A stretch of DNA of 47,071 bases from the IMG/VR virus record IMGVR_UViG_3300030037_000008, positions 1-47,071 of that record; one strand, written 5' to 3'. Made by a program: the position numbers and the translations under genes. Below the pieces are notes generated by a model that was not told where the DNA came from, made no database searches, and was given only the letters and a program-made list of their open reading frames with translations. Shown here one piece after another: positions 27,799-37,096 of the stretch. Source of the stretch: a virus (Duplodnaviria; Heunggongvirae; Uroviricota; Caudoviricetes). How positions within the stretch are numbered: the stretch's first letter is position 1; each line of letters starts with the position of its first letter.

Positions 27799-28617
27799 AT
27801 GGATAAGAAAGTCCACATTGAAATTAGTGATTTAATAACATGCATACAAGCTGTTGGACGAATAATCCCAGGTGCAGTGTTCACAATAAGAAAGACCGGT
27901 ACTGAAATAGCATGCCTCAAACCAGGCAATACTCTAAGAGGTTATTTCACAACTACAGCAATGAAGTTGGATGAAGATGCCGTAGAAGATGAGATCGAAC
28001 TCTGTCTTCCAGATGTATACAAATTCTCAAAAATCCTAAACATCGTATATCAAACTGGTGGTCTTAAGACTATCACTGTAAATATCAATGATTCAGGTAA
28101 TCAAATTCATTACAAGAAAAGAGGCTCCTCGTTTAAGATTACAGGTTCTATTAAAGAAACTATCTCACGATACATTGCCCCTCCTATCAGAAACAAACTT
28201 GAGTCTATTAATCAAGTAAAAACTATGAGTTCCAACCTTCAGAAGATTGCCACTATGGGATCGATCTCTGATAACTCAGCAGCTCTTAAAGTTTATATCT
28301 CCAAGTGTCCAGAATCAGGTGTCATTAATGCCATTGTAGAAGATGGTGTAAGTGCATTATCAGACTCTATTGGTATGCCAATCTGTTCAGAACTTAATGA
28401 CATCTCAGGTACATGGAATGACTCCTACTGTATTGACATGGAAACATTCAACTTATTCAACGTATTCCGTAACTCAGATCCAACTATTGAGTTAGTAGGT
28501 CTAGGTAGTAAGCGTATGTTAAGAGTTACATGTAAAGCTAAGTCAACCAATAAAGAATCCGATGAAGAATATTCTACTGAAATGTTAGTTATCGCTGCAT
28601 TAAACAAGAACAAATAA
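27799..28617 (+). CDS. Probable DNA sliding clamp (gp45/PCNA-like)
   Basis: 272 aa with two alpha/beta domains, IELCLPDVYKFSKILN ~ gp45 pattern, replication-cluster context with a clamp loader nearby. Confidence 0.65.
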   Translation: MDKKVHIEISDLITCIQAVGRIIPGAVFTIRKTGTEIACLKPGNTLRGYFTTTAMKLDEDAVEDEIELCLPDVYKFSKILNIVYQTGGLKTITVNINDSGNQIHYKKRGSSFKITGSIKETISRYIAPPIRNKLESINQVKTMSSNLQKIATMGSISDNSAALKVYISKCPESGVINAIVEDGVSALSDSIGMPICSELNDISGTWNDSYCIDMETFNLFNVFRNSDPTIELVGLGSKRMLRVTCKAKSTNKESDEEYSTEMLVIAALNKNK

Positions 28618-29384
28618 TGAAAAAGAAAAATATTTTAATCCCATGGTCTGGTGGTTTTGATTCAACTGCTCTTATTATTAATCAGCTAATTAATACAAAG
28701 AATAAAATCTATTTAGCTAGATGCAATTTCAATAATAACAATGCTCAAACTGAATCAGAACTGAAGGCTATGAAGAAGATGCTCAAGATTTTTAAGAGTT
28801 CTTTAGGTGAAAAGAAATTCAATAAGAGATTCAGAAATCACGAAGAAGCATTAACACCTACATTCGAATGTAAACTTAATGATGATTCTGTATTAGTAAG
28901 AGAGAATTCTTTTAATCTTTTCCAACAGATATTCGTAGCTTCAATGGCACCACGATTTTCTAAAGATATTGATGAGATACAATTAGGCTATGTTAAAGAT
29001 GATTCATTCTGGCATCACTCTACTGAGATACTAGATATCTATAAACGTGTCATGACATGTACTTATGCTGATCATCGATTAGGTATTACTATTCCTTTTG
29101 AATGGTGGAGTAAAACTCAAATGCTTGAACTGTACTCTCGATTTGATGCTGGTAAAGATATTCTGAAGAACATTTCAGTATGCCAATCGGGTAATCATTG
29201 GAGAACTGATAAAACTCATGTTGAATCTATCACAGACATTAATATGGCATCAGTATGTCCTGGAGATAAATGTAGATCTACTGCAGCTCTTTATAAAGAG
29301 TTTAAAGTAATCAAAAAAGAAAAGAAAAATAATGTTGAAGCTATGGATACTATGGAAGCTAAAGGAGTAGACGATGAAAAATAA
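28617..29384 (+). CDS. QueC-like PP-loop ATPase
   Basis: ILIPWSGGFDST, P(F)EWWSKTQM, C-terminal Cys cluster with non-canonical spacing. Confidence 0.75.
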   Translation: MKKKNILIPWSGGFDSTALIINQLINTKNKIYLARCNFNNNNAQTESELKAMKKMLKIFKSSLGEKKFNKRFRNHEEALTPTFECKLNDDSVLVRENSFNLFQQIFVASMAPRFSKDIDEIQLGYVKDDSFWHHSTEILDIYKRVMTCTYADHRLGITIPFEWWSKTQMLELYSRFDAGKDILKNISVCQSGNHWRTDKTHVESITDINMASVCPGDKCRSTAALYKEFKVIKKEKKNNVEAMDTMEAKGVDDEK

Positions 29385-29688
29385 ACTTTATACTTTATCT
29401 TATTTTAAAAAAAGATTAAGAGATGGTAACTATAATTCAATTACGTTGTTTAATAGTTATAGTGAAGACGATCAACGATACTGGACAATTCTAATTGGTG
29501 AAGATAATATCCAATGTACTTGCTTAAAGTTCATGAATGAAATGAGTCAGATTGAATTTAGTTTTCACTTTACTGATAACAAACAAACTCTTAATATGGA
29601 CAAGAAAGTTACTACTCATTCAATGAATGTAATTCTCGAGTTATTAAATAACATTACTAAAAAGGATAATACTGATGCATCAAAATAA
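29374..29688 (+). CDS. Hypothetical phage protein
   Basis: Overlap-coupled; SYFKKRLRD motif. Confidence 0.6.
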   Translation: MKNKLYTLSYFKKRLRDGNYNSITLFNSYSEDDQRYWTILIGEDNIQCTCLKFMNEMSQIEFSFHFTDNKQTLNMDKKVTTHSMNVILELLNNITKKDNTDASK

Positions 29689-30394
29689 TATCTTCAATGA
29701 TAACGTGCCACCCCTCACAGATAGAGAAATTATAGCAGAGATCTTTAGTAATACTGAAGGTCATATCTCTGGATTTTCTTTACCTTATGATTCAGATTCA
29801 ATTCCAGCTCAACCTTGTAATGAAATTGAGTTAGATGATGACTTCAATCCATTGTTCTCTACTATGCCTGTACATAAATCAGTATACGATAGAGAGTTCA
29901 TGGATCTTAATGATGCCTTTAACGAGAATGATGGTTATGCTGGTCTAGAACCTTTAATCAAAATGGGAGATATTTGGGAAATTAACAGAGCTGAAATTGT
30001 ATATGGCCCGCTGCCTGAGCAATATAAAGTTATGATAGTTTTGTCTGACACTGTAGGCGGCGTTCTTTCTAATGACAATGTAGTAGTTGCTATGGTTCAT
30101 GATGATCTTAAACAAAATTATACTTTGATTGAAAGAGAAGGTAAATCTATTATTAAATATATCGATGCTACACAAGAACATGTAATGTCTGAAGTATCTA
30201 TGTATAAGACGGTTATGGATGATGGTAAAACTATTCATACATTTCCTGGTGACGAACATATGTTAGTAGGTATTGAAATGATATCTGATGGTGGTAATTG
30301 TGGAGTAGAATTACCATCATTCAAAGTTTTAAATTTAAACACCTATCATATGAATACATATCAGAACTTAAGTGTTTCTTTAAAGAACAAATAA
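29675..30394 (+). CDS. Hypothetical acidic protein
   Basis: ORF tiling. Confidence 0.55.
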   Translation: MHQNNIFNDNVPPLTDREIIAEIFSNTEGHISGFSLPYDSDSIPAQPCNEIELDDDFNPLFSTMPVHKSVYDREFMDLNDAFNENDGYAGLEPLIKMGDIWEINRAEIVYGPLPEQYKVMIVLSDTVGGVLSNDNVVVAMVHDDLKQNYTLIEREGKSIIKYIDATQEHVMSEVSMYKTVMDDGKTIHTFPGDEHMLVGIEMISDGGNCGVELPSFKVLNLNTYHMNTYQNLSVSLKNK

Positions 30395-30409
30395 ACTAAG
30401 GAGATACTT

Positions 30410-31339
30410 ATGTCAGAATACATTGAACCAGATGCACCGTGGATAGAGAAGTATAAACCTAAAACTATTGATGATCTAGCATTAGATGATAATCTTAAAG
30501 AAATGTTTAACGGATATGTAGCTAATAATAACATTCCTTTCATGACACTTTCTGGATCAGCAGGAATAGGTAAAACTTCTTTAGCTAATATACTTATTGA
30601 TGAGTTAGATGAAGCGACTCCACTGTATATCAATGCCTCTGAGAACAATGGTATTGATATGATTAGATCAGAGCTCAAAGACTTTGTAGAAAAGCAAGGT
30701 TTTGGAGGATTGAAGATAGTAATACTTGATGAAGCTGACGGACTAAGTCCTAATGCTCAAGGTGCTTTAAGACAAATAATGCAAACAAGTTTAGATGATA
30801 CCCGATTTATTCTTACATGCAATTACCCACAGAAAATCATTGATCCTATCTTTTCTCGAGCTCCATTAATTAATATCCCATGTGATAAGAAAGACATCAT
30901 CAAACGCTGTATGTTTATTCTTAAATCAGAAGGTATTAAACTTACTAGAGAAGATGTAGGTAGAGTTTCTGGTATCGTTAATAAATACTTTCCGGATATC
31001 AGAAAGGTAGTACAAATTTTAGAACGCTGTTATATTTCTGGTCAATACAGAGATGTAGCAATGCGAGCTAATAATGGATCAGCACATGATCTTATTCTTG
31101 ATAAGATTCTTGCTGTTAAATCCTTCAAAGATCTTAATATTATTAGAGAGTTCTGGATGACAAATGAAGCTAGTTTTGAAAAGGACTACTCTGCATTAGC
31201 AAGTAGTCTTTATAATCGAATAGTTACTACGTCTGACGATGCTGAATTACTTATAACTTTAAGTTCACATATATATCAATTAGATAATGCTGTAGATCAA
31301 GAACTACAGTTCCATGCTTTAACATTGGAGTTATTATGA
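30410..31339 (+). CDS. Clamp loader AAA+ subunit (gp44/RFC-like)
   Basis: PWIEKYKPKTIDD, GSAGIGKTS, INASENNGIDMIR, ILDEADGL, FILTCNY, FPDIRK. Confidence 0.95.
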   Translation: MSEYIEPDAPWIEKYKPKTIDDLALDDNLKEMFNGYVANNNIPFMTLSGSAGIGKTSLANILIDELDEATPLYINASENNGIDMIRSELKDFVEKQGFGGLKIVILDEADGLSPNAQGALRQIMQTSLDDTRFILTCNYPQKIIDPIFSRAPLINIPCDKKDIIKRCMFILKSEGIKLTREDVGRVSGIVNKYFPDIRKVVQILERCYISGQYRDVAMRANNGSAHDLILDKILAVKSFKDLNIIREFWMTNEASFEKDYSALASSLYNRIVTTSDDAELLITLSSHIYQLDNAVDQELQFHALTLELL

Positions 31340-31740
31340 GCATATTCGATTACTTTAAAAAGAACGATAAACAAGAAGAAGCTCCAACAATACTAGACAA
31401 TACTCATTCAGAAGATCTTAAGATGGAAGATAAGGGTGCTGAAGGTGAAATAATGCCTGAAGATAATAGTAATCAATTGGAGTTTATATCAGCCCCTCCT
31501 GGATACATTCCAGACCTTGATGCAAACTATAGTATCATTAAAAGTGTCATCAAAAATGAATCTATTCATGTAGTAAGATTTAGTTTAGTTCAAGCTAATC
31601 TTATTATCAAGCAATTAGAATTTGGGTTAGGGGATATAGATGATGATCTTTTAGATGGTCATATATATGATGCTGAAACTTCTGCTGTAGGTGATTTACG
31701 ATATTATTGGGCATCTCTTAAGGAGCGCTACACTAAATAA
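31336..31740 (+). CDS. Hypothetical protein
   Basis: ATGA overlap with the clamp loader. Confidence 0.55.
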   Translation: MSIFDYFKKNDKQEEAPTILDNTHSEDLKMEDKGAEGEIMPEDNSNQLEFISAPPGYIPDLDANYSIIKSVIKNESIHVVRFSLVQANLIIKQLEFGLGDIDDDLLDGHIYDAETSAVGDLRYYWASLKERYTK

Positions 31741-31760
31741 TCTCACCTGTAACACATAAC

Positions 31761-31800
31761 AATGGGATAAATACTAAAAACAAAAGGTATTTATCCCATT
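31761..31800 (+). promoter_or_regulatory. 14-bp perfect hairpin abutting the ATG, with late promoter GATAAATAC in the 5' arm
   Basis: aatgggataaatac / gtatttatcccatt. Confidence 0.75.
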
Positions 31801-32316
31801 ATGACGTTAATAGAACAAATAGATTATATTATTATAAAGAATCTTGACGGATCTCTTTCTCTAAGAACTACCAAAACTATATGTACTATGACAGGGATAC
31901 TCGGATACTCATTTGATAATGAGTTATGTTCTATGTCAAAAGCAGGAGCATTAATAATTAAGTCTGGGTTTACATGGAATGGTCCTAATCTTATTAACAA
32001 ACTCCTAAGAAAAAATAATAATTTTAAGATCCTACTTAGAATGATATTCCCGAGCTTAGTCCATGATGCTTTATATACTTTAATAGCAGCAAAGCTTTTT
32101 ACTAGTTGTAATTGTGCTACAGTTGCTCACTCCTTTTATAGCTTACGATTAGCTGCAGATCAATTATTCTTTAGACAATTAAGGTTTGAAGGACTCAGTT
32201 ATTTTAAATCAAAAGTTTCATATTATGCAGTAAGAGTTTTTGGTAAAAAAGGAGCTCAACATAATGACAGATTTAATAAAAGAATTGATAATAAAAAGGA
32301 TAATTGTGTTTTATAA
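31801..32316 (+). CDS. DUF1353-like protein
   Basis: IKSGFTWNG...SLVHDALY...ADQLF...G.....YYAVRVFG matches the family pattern. Confidence 0.7.
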   Translation: MTLIEQIDYIIIKNLDGSLSLRTTKTICTMTGILGYSFDNELCSMSKAGALIIKSGFTWNGPNLINKLLRKNNNFKILLRMIFPSLVHDALYTLIAAKLFTSCNCATVAHSFYSLRLAADQLFFRQLRFEGLSYFKSKVSYYAVRVFGKKGAQHNDRFNKRIDNKKDNCVL

Positions 32317-32347
32317 TCTCTAAGTTAAACTAAACAAGGAGATTAAC

Positions 32348-32593
32348 ATGAAAGACAATGAATACGAACAACTTAAGGTCGATGACAAATTGACTTTTAA
32401 ACAGAGAATGCGATTACTGCAAGATACATGGCAATACAAAAGTTTGGATGCTGTTATTAATATTGCACTAATCGTAATTTTGGCTTGTAACATGCTATCT
32501 AATATCAAAACTTGGGACAAGATTGACGCTTTCAATAAAGCCAATCCTATAGAAGTAACAGCTTCTACTACTGCTCTGAAAAAGGAGTGGTAA
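32348..32593 (+). CDS. Small membrane protein
   Basis: One hydrophobic segment AVINIALIVILACNML; AAGGAG SD. Confidence 0.55.
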   Translation: MKDNEYEQLKVDDKLTFKQRMRLLQDTWQYKSLDAVINIALIVILACNMLSNIKTWDKIDAFNKANPIEVTASTTALKKEW

Positions 32594-32594
32594 C

Positions 32595-32945
32595 ATGTCA
32601 TATGATGGACCCAAACCAAAGTTCTGTGGTGGAGCTTATAAAGTAGATGGACAGTATGGCGAATACTTTACTATCTATTTTTCACAAGCAGATCTTAAAC
32701 TAATGCTCGAAGAATCAGATCATCGTGGTGTTAAAGTATCCATGAATGCTAAACGTACTCAAACTGAAGGTAGTACTACTCATTACCTTAAAGTTCTTGA
32801 ACGTAGAGAAACTTCTACTACTCCAGTTAAACCAGTAGAACAAGAAAGAGATATCTCAAGCTTATACACTCCTCAGTTCCTAGACACTAACGCTGCAGTA
32901 GCATCTAAGATGCTGGATGATATCGACGATGACATCCCCTTTTGA
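32595..32945 (+). CDS. Small SSB-like protein with a bacterial SSB C-terminal tail DDDIPF
   Basis: Beta-rich N-terminal ~70 aa, linker, and terminal DDIDDDIPF. Confidence 0.6.
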   Translation: MSYDGPKPKFCGGAYKVDGQYGEYFTIYFSQADLKLMLEESDHRGVKVSMNAKRTQTEGSTTHYLKVLERRETSTTPVKPVEQERDISSLYTPQFLDTNAAVASKMLDDIDDDIPF

Positions 32946-33318
32946 TATAAGAGAAAGCTGTGAAATTGATAACGGATGTGATCATAAATGGGTCTTAGAT
33001 GTAGATCCATTTGGTTCATTCTTAAAGTGCACTGAATGTCGAGAGTGCCTACCTACCGGCTTTCTTAATTCACCGCTAATCAACAATAAAAAACTATCAG
33101 ATAATGTTTGGCCAGAGGGTATTTGCTTATCTTGTCATTGGCCAGTTTTAATGGCATTAAACAACTCTAATTTTTGTGATAAGATGCCTAAAGAAGATCA
33201 ATGTTTTGATAGATATGTTTACTGTACTAATAAAGGATGTGACAACCATGAAGGTGAAAGTCAACATCAATCAGATATAGATTGGATTATTTATCCAGAA
33301 AAAAGAGGAACTAAATGA
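32917..33318 (+). CDS. Cys-rich zinc-binding protein (start uncertain)
   Basis: CxxC pairs CTEC and CLSC plus C...C..H. Confidence 0.55.
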   Translation: MISTMTSPFDIRESCEIDNGCDHKWVLDVDPFGSFLKCTECRECLPTGFLNSPLINNKKLSDNVWPEGICLSCHWPVLMALNNSNFCDKMPKEDQCFDRYVYCTNKGCDNHEGESQHQSDIDWIIYPEKRGTK

Positions 33319-33854
33319 TATATGTTATCGAAGGTGTAGATTGTAGCGGTAAATCGACAATCATCCAAGGAATTAAGAAAAGATTAAATAACGGATTAGA
33401 TACAGAAGTAATTCACTCTACATTCCCACAAGGTGAAACACTTGAAGAGAAGTATGAGTTTCAAGTTAAGTACTTCACTGATCTTATTAATATGCTAATT
33501 GCTAACCAGCATAAAAAGAATTTCATTCTCGATAGAGCATGGATTCCAGAGAAGTTTTATTCTCCTATGTATCGTAATAGAGAAGCAGAATACATTGATA
33601 ATTTGGAGCAACGCCTTATTGATAATGTAACTCCTAATCTTATTAGAAATGTATTAGTAGAAGCACCAGTAGAAGATATTGAATATCGTTTCAATACTTA
33701 CCGTGGAGAGGATGATCCATGTCCTCCAAGAGAAGATATTGTAGAGTTAATAGGTTTATTTAGAAAAGCTACAAGTAGCGCTCTAAGTCACTACATTACC
33801 GCTCACAATGATAATAGCACAGACGTCGAATTGATTATCGACTCTATAATGTAA
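33315..33854 (+). CDS. dNMP kinase (thymidylate-kinase-like P-loop)
   Basis: IYVIEGVDCSGKST, ILDRAW...YSPMYR. Confidence 0.85.
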   Translation: MIYVIEGVDCSGKSTIIQGIKKRLNNGLDTEVIHSTFPQGETLEEKYEFQVKYFTDLINMLIANQHKKNFILDRAWIPEKFYSPMYRNREAEYIDNLEQRLIDNVTPNLIRNVLVEAPVEDIEYRFNTYRGEDDPCPPREDIVELIGLFRKATSSALSHYITAHNDNSTDVELIIDSIM

Positions 33855-33864
33855 AGGAAAATAT

Positions 33865-34710
33865 ATGATTGCAATCGAAGGAAACTCAGTAGCAGAACTA
33901 CTTACTAAAGTAGTAACGCTCATTATTAAGAAAGAACATAATCCAAAAGTAGTAAATATCTCATCACCTCGAGGTAAAAAGTGTTATGCTATCAATGATA
34001 ATATTGCTCTTAAATTAACCGATCCGATGAACACCGTATTCGAATCAGAAACACGTAGTACTCAATTAGAATATCTATCAGATGAACTTCATCTTTATTT
34101 TAAAGGTACTAACAAAGTTAAAGATTTTGCTAAAGCATCCAAGTTCTGGAATCATCTTACTAATCCTGATGGAACTACTATTAATTCAGCTTACGGTCAT
34201 CTTCTTTTTAAAGATAAGAACGAACATGGTTTTACTGAATTTGGTTGGGCAATGAATTCTCTTATCAAAGATAGAGATACTCGTCAAGCTATTATCAGAT
34301 TCAACAAACCTACTCATTCATTTGAAGGTAACAAAGATTTCGTATGTACTCTTAGTGGTGTATTTGCTATTAGCGATAACAAACTTAATCTTACTATCAA
34401 TATGAGAAGTAATGATATTCAGAGAGGCATTCCATTTGATATTCCTTTCTTCTGTATTCTATTACAACAAGCTCATATGATTCTGGTTAAAGAATATCCT
34501 GAATTGAAGATCGGTACTTATGAACACATCGTTAACAACATGCATATCTATGATACTGAGTATAAATTATACAAAGACATTGTAGATAAAGGTCGTAAGT
34601 TTGTTAATCGTAGATGTCATATTGATACTCAACTTATTGATAAAAACGGTAAGCTTATTGTTGAAAAGTTTAATCGTAAAACTATTGATGAACATTTAGT
34701 AATTACTTAA
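33865..34710 (+). CDS. Thymidylate synthase homologue with Asp at the specificity position (dCMP hydroxymethylase/methylase type)
   Basis: Catalytic FVCT, MRSNDIQRGIPFD (D where ThyA has N), NMHIY, DTRQA. Confidence 0.85.
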   Translation: MIAIEGNSVAELLTKVVTLIIKKEHNPKVVNISSPRGKKCYAINDNIALKLTDPMNTVFESETRSTQLEYLSDELHLYFKGTNKVKDFAKASKFWNHLTNPDGTTINSAYGHLLFKDKNEHGFTEFGWAMNSLIKDRDTRQAIIRFNKPTHSFEGNKDFVCTLSGVFAISDNKLNLTINMRSNDIQRGIPFDIPFFCILLQQAHMILVKEYPELKIGTYEHIVNNMHIYDTEYKLYKDIVDKGRKFVNRRCHIDTQLIDKNGKLIVEKFNRKTIDEHLVIT

Positions 34711-34718
34711 GCTAAAAT

Positions 34719-34744
34719 AAAAGGTCTATTAATTTAGGCCTTTT
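34719..34744 (+). terminator. Rho-independent terminator
   Basis: aaaaggtcta/taggcctttt stem followed by T/G. Confidence 0.75.
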
Positions 34745-34747
34745 GTG

Positions 34748-34776
34748 TTGTACTTATCATATTAGTGGAGTATACT
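34748..34776 (+). promoter_or_regulatory. Early promoter TTGTAC-17-TATACT
   Basis: Recurrent motif with exact 17-bp spacing. Confidence 0.75.
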
Positions 34777-34796
34777 AAATAAAAACTGAGATTTAC

Positions 34797-35225
34797 ATGA
34801 GTATCAATGCACCAAACTGTAATATAAAATCTAAATTCAATGGAGCTAATGTGAACACTAGGCATAAATCTACTATGATTTTAAATCTAGAATATGCAGA
34901 TGCTCATGATCATTTTAACGAGGAATGGCTTCTGATTAAAGAGAAGTTCCAATACACTACAGATAATGTACAAAATCTAATAGAGTTATTTCCACATCAT
35001 TTTTATATGTGGTATAAACCAGATAGAATCGATGCTGACATTATACTAGAAGGAAAACTTGCTCTTGGTTGTCTAAAATATATTGATTTGTGGTACAAAG
35101 ATTATGAAAAATTAGCTGAGCATATAGAAGAATATAATAGTCGTGGATTTTCAAATCTATATCCACATTTCAAATTTAAAACTAAACAAGAATTTATAGT
35201 GGAGTCTATGTATGGGACCAAGTAA
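34797..35225 (+). CDS. Trp/Phe-rich repeat protein (ends MYGTK)
   Basis: FNEEW, FYMWYKPDRID, YIDLWY units resemble the next gene. Confidence 0.6.
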   Translation: MSINAPNCNIKSKFNGANVNTRHKSTMILNLEYADAHDHFNEEWLLIKEKFQYTTDNVQNLIELFPHHFYMWYKPDRIDADIILEGKLALGCLKYIDLWYKDYEKLAEHIEEYNSRGFSNLYPHFKFKTKQEFIVESMYGTK

Positions 35226-35667
35226 CGTACAGTATGATCTAGAATGGTTCATCAGTAATGCACATAAAATAGAACAATGGTTTGATCCTAATTTATTCAA
35301 TGCTAATCAAGGATATGCTTATCTGTTTAGTACATGTATGGATAGCTTTGATTTATGGTGGAAGCATGTATCATCACCTGACGACGACTACGATAATTCT
35401 TATATAAGATGTGCACAAGGTACTGAAAGATTTGATGATTGGTTTATCCCAAATAGATTCGATTGGAAACATGTCTCTGAATTCTTATGTATACATTTAG
35501 CTGACAAGTTTGATAAATGGTTTGATCAAAATACATTCAATACTGAAAATGCTAAAGATGAATTGTTTGAATATTGTTATGAACATATAGACAAATGGTT
35601 TGATCCTATTGAGTTTGATGGTATGAGTAAAGAAGAATATTTAGTCAATAAATTATATGGATATTGA
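35212..35667 (+). CDS. Trp/Phe-rich repeat protein (ends KLYGY)
   Basis: ~26-aa units WFDPNLFN, WFIPNRFDW, WFDQNTFN, WFDPIEFD. Confidence 0.65.
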   Translation: MGPSNVQYDLEWFISNAHKIEQWFDPNLFNANQGYAYLFSTCMDSFDLWWKHVSSPDDDYDNSYIRCAQGTERFDDWFIPNRFDWKHVSEFLCIHLADKFDKWFDQNTFNTENAKDELFEYCYEHIDKWFDPIEFDGMSKEEYLVNKLYGY

Positions 35668-35696
35668 TTGTACATTATCACAAGTGGTTGTATAAT
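35668..35696 (+). promoter_or_regulatory. Early promoter TTGTAC-17-TATAAT
   Basis: Context gattgtacatt; consensus -10. Confidence 0.8.
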
Positions 35697-35727
35697 AAGA
35701 TTATCAAATTAAAAAAAGGACAATACA

Positions 35728-35997
35728 ATGAAAGTACTTATTCTCAACAAACTTACGAAAACTACTCACATTTACAACACAACAATGGAAGTTCCGTTTA
35801 ATGTTAATTACATAGCGGTAGATGGAGATGGTGAGATCAGAGGGTTTGAAGAAGAACCTACACTCACCGGTGGACACTTTGGTTCTAATGCTTATTGGAC
35901 AGCATATACACATGATGCTTACGAAATTAGTATTGGTCAAATGGACATTGATCCTTCAGATGTAGTTAATTCTCTTAGAGATCTAAACAATATTTAA
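35728..35997 (+). CDS. Hypothetical phage protein
   Basis: AAGGA SD; YIAVDGDGEI.GF...P motif. Confidence 0.6.
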   Translation: MKVLILNKLTKTTHIYNTTMEVPFNVNYIAVDGDGEIRGFEEEPTLTGGHFGSNAYWTAYTHDAYEISIGQMDIDPSDVVNSLRDLNNI

Positions 35998-36061
35998 TTC
36001 ATAATTAGTGATTAGTTGTTTCCTATCGATTAACCACCAAAAACAATAAAGGAAACAGCCA

Positions 36062-36379
36062 ATGGCTATCGTGAAACTAGAATATTACAGTACTGAATTC
36101 TGTGGTCCATGCCGGATGCAGAAGAATGTAGTTCAACAATTTATTGACAACCTCCCTTATGTTGTTCCGTTGACTATCAATACTGAAGAGAATACTGTTA
36201 CAGAAGTTAATTCAATTGACGCTGCTACAGGTACTCTCGCCACTGACAACAATGTCACTAACGTTCCTACTATCATTATCAGAGATGTTAACGGTAATGA
36301 ACTTAGTAGATTCGATGGTGTGAAACCTAAGAGCTTTATTGAAGCTGAAATTAATGCAGCAGTTGCTGGAATAGTTTAA
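36062..36379 (+). CDS. Thioredoxin
   Basis: YYSTEFCGPCRM, NVPTIII, RFDGVKP. Confidence 0.92.
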   Translation: MAIVKLEYYSTEFCGPCRMQKNVVQQFIDNLPYVVPLTINTEENTVTEVNSIDAATGTLATDNNVTNVPTIIIRDVNGNELSRFDGVKPKSFIEAEINAAVAGIV

Positions 36380-36401
36380 ACAAAATAAAAAGGAATAAGA
36401 A

Positions 36402-37094
36402 ATGAAAGAAGATATCGATACGTACAACGAAGTATTGGCTGAAGCAGTAACGTTGACTAAAGAAGCTCATGACATTAAGAAAGATATTTTTACAAGTGTC
36501 AATGGTATCTTACGTAATGGATTTGATCGAGCTCCCGGAGAATTTCATCTAGCTAAAAACATGATCAAAGATCTGGATGATAACGATGTTGCAGAAGAAG
36601 ACAAGAAAATGATTAAGCTTCTAAAGAAGTATCATATTCTCAAGAACTACTTTGCTATGATGGGCAAATCTGCTGACTTTGAACACTATGATGATATTGC
36701 TTCATCAGACATCGTTAACGTTAATTATCCACCTTCTGTAACTCCAAAGCAAGAAAAGAAATACAACTCATGTTACATTAGCTTGTTTGATGAAGCCCCT
36801 GATCTTACTGGACCTGATGCATATAATAATAAGTGTGATGTAGTAGAAAAGTTACTAACTATCTCTCAGAAGTTTGATAAGAAACTTGATGACATTAACG
36901 AAGTTATCAACGTTGATCTTGTAGAGAAACTTGCCCCAACTCGTATTGACAAGTCTACTCTCAAAGCTGGTATCTCACTTACTCTTAAAGCAGAGAAAGA
37001 CGTTGAAGCTGCTACTGATAAACTCCACGACGTGACTGAAAGTAATCTCCTTCAGAACGAAGCACTTGGATCAATTGATATTGGTGAGAGCTAA
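36402..37094 (+). CDS. Hypothetical helical protein
   Basis: AAGGA SD; long ORF. Confidence 0.6.
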   Translation: MKEDIDTYNEVLAEAVTLTKEAHDIKKDIFTSVNGILRNGFDRAPGEFHLAKNMIKDLDDNDVAEEDKKMIKLLKKYHILKNYFAMMGKSADFEHYDDIASSDIVNVNYPPSVTPKQEKKYNSCYISLFDEAPDLTGPDAYNNKCDVVEKLLTISQKFDKKLDDINEVINVDLVEKLAPTRIDKSTLKAGISLTLKAEKDVEAATDKLHDVTESNLLQNEALGSIDIGES

Positions 37095-37096
37095 CA

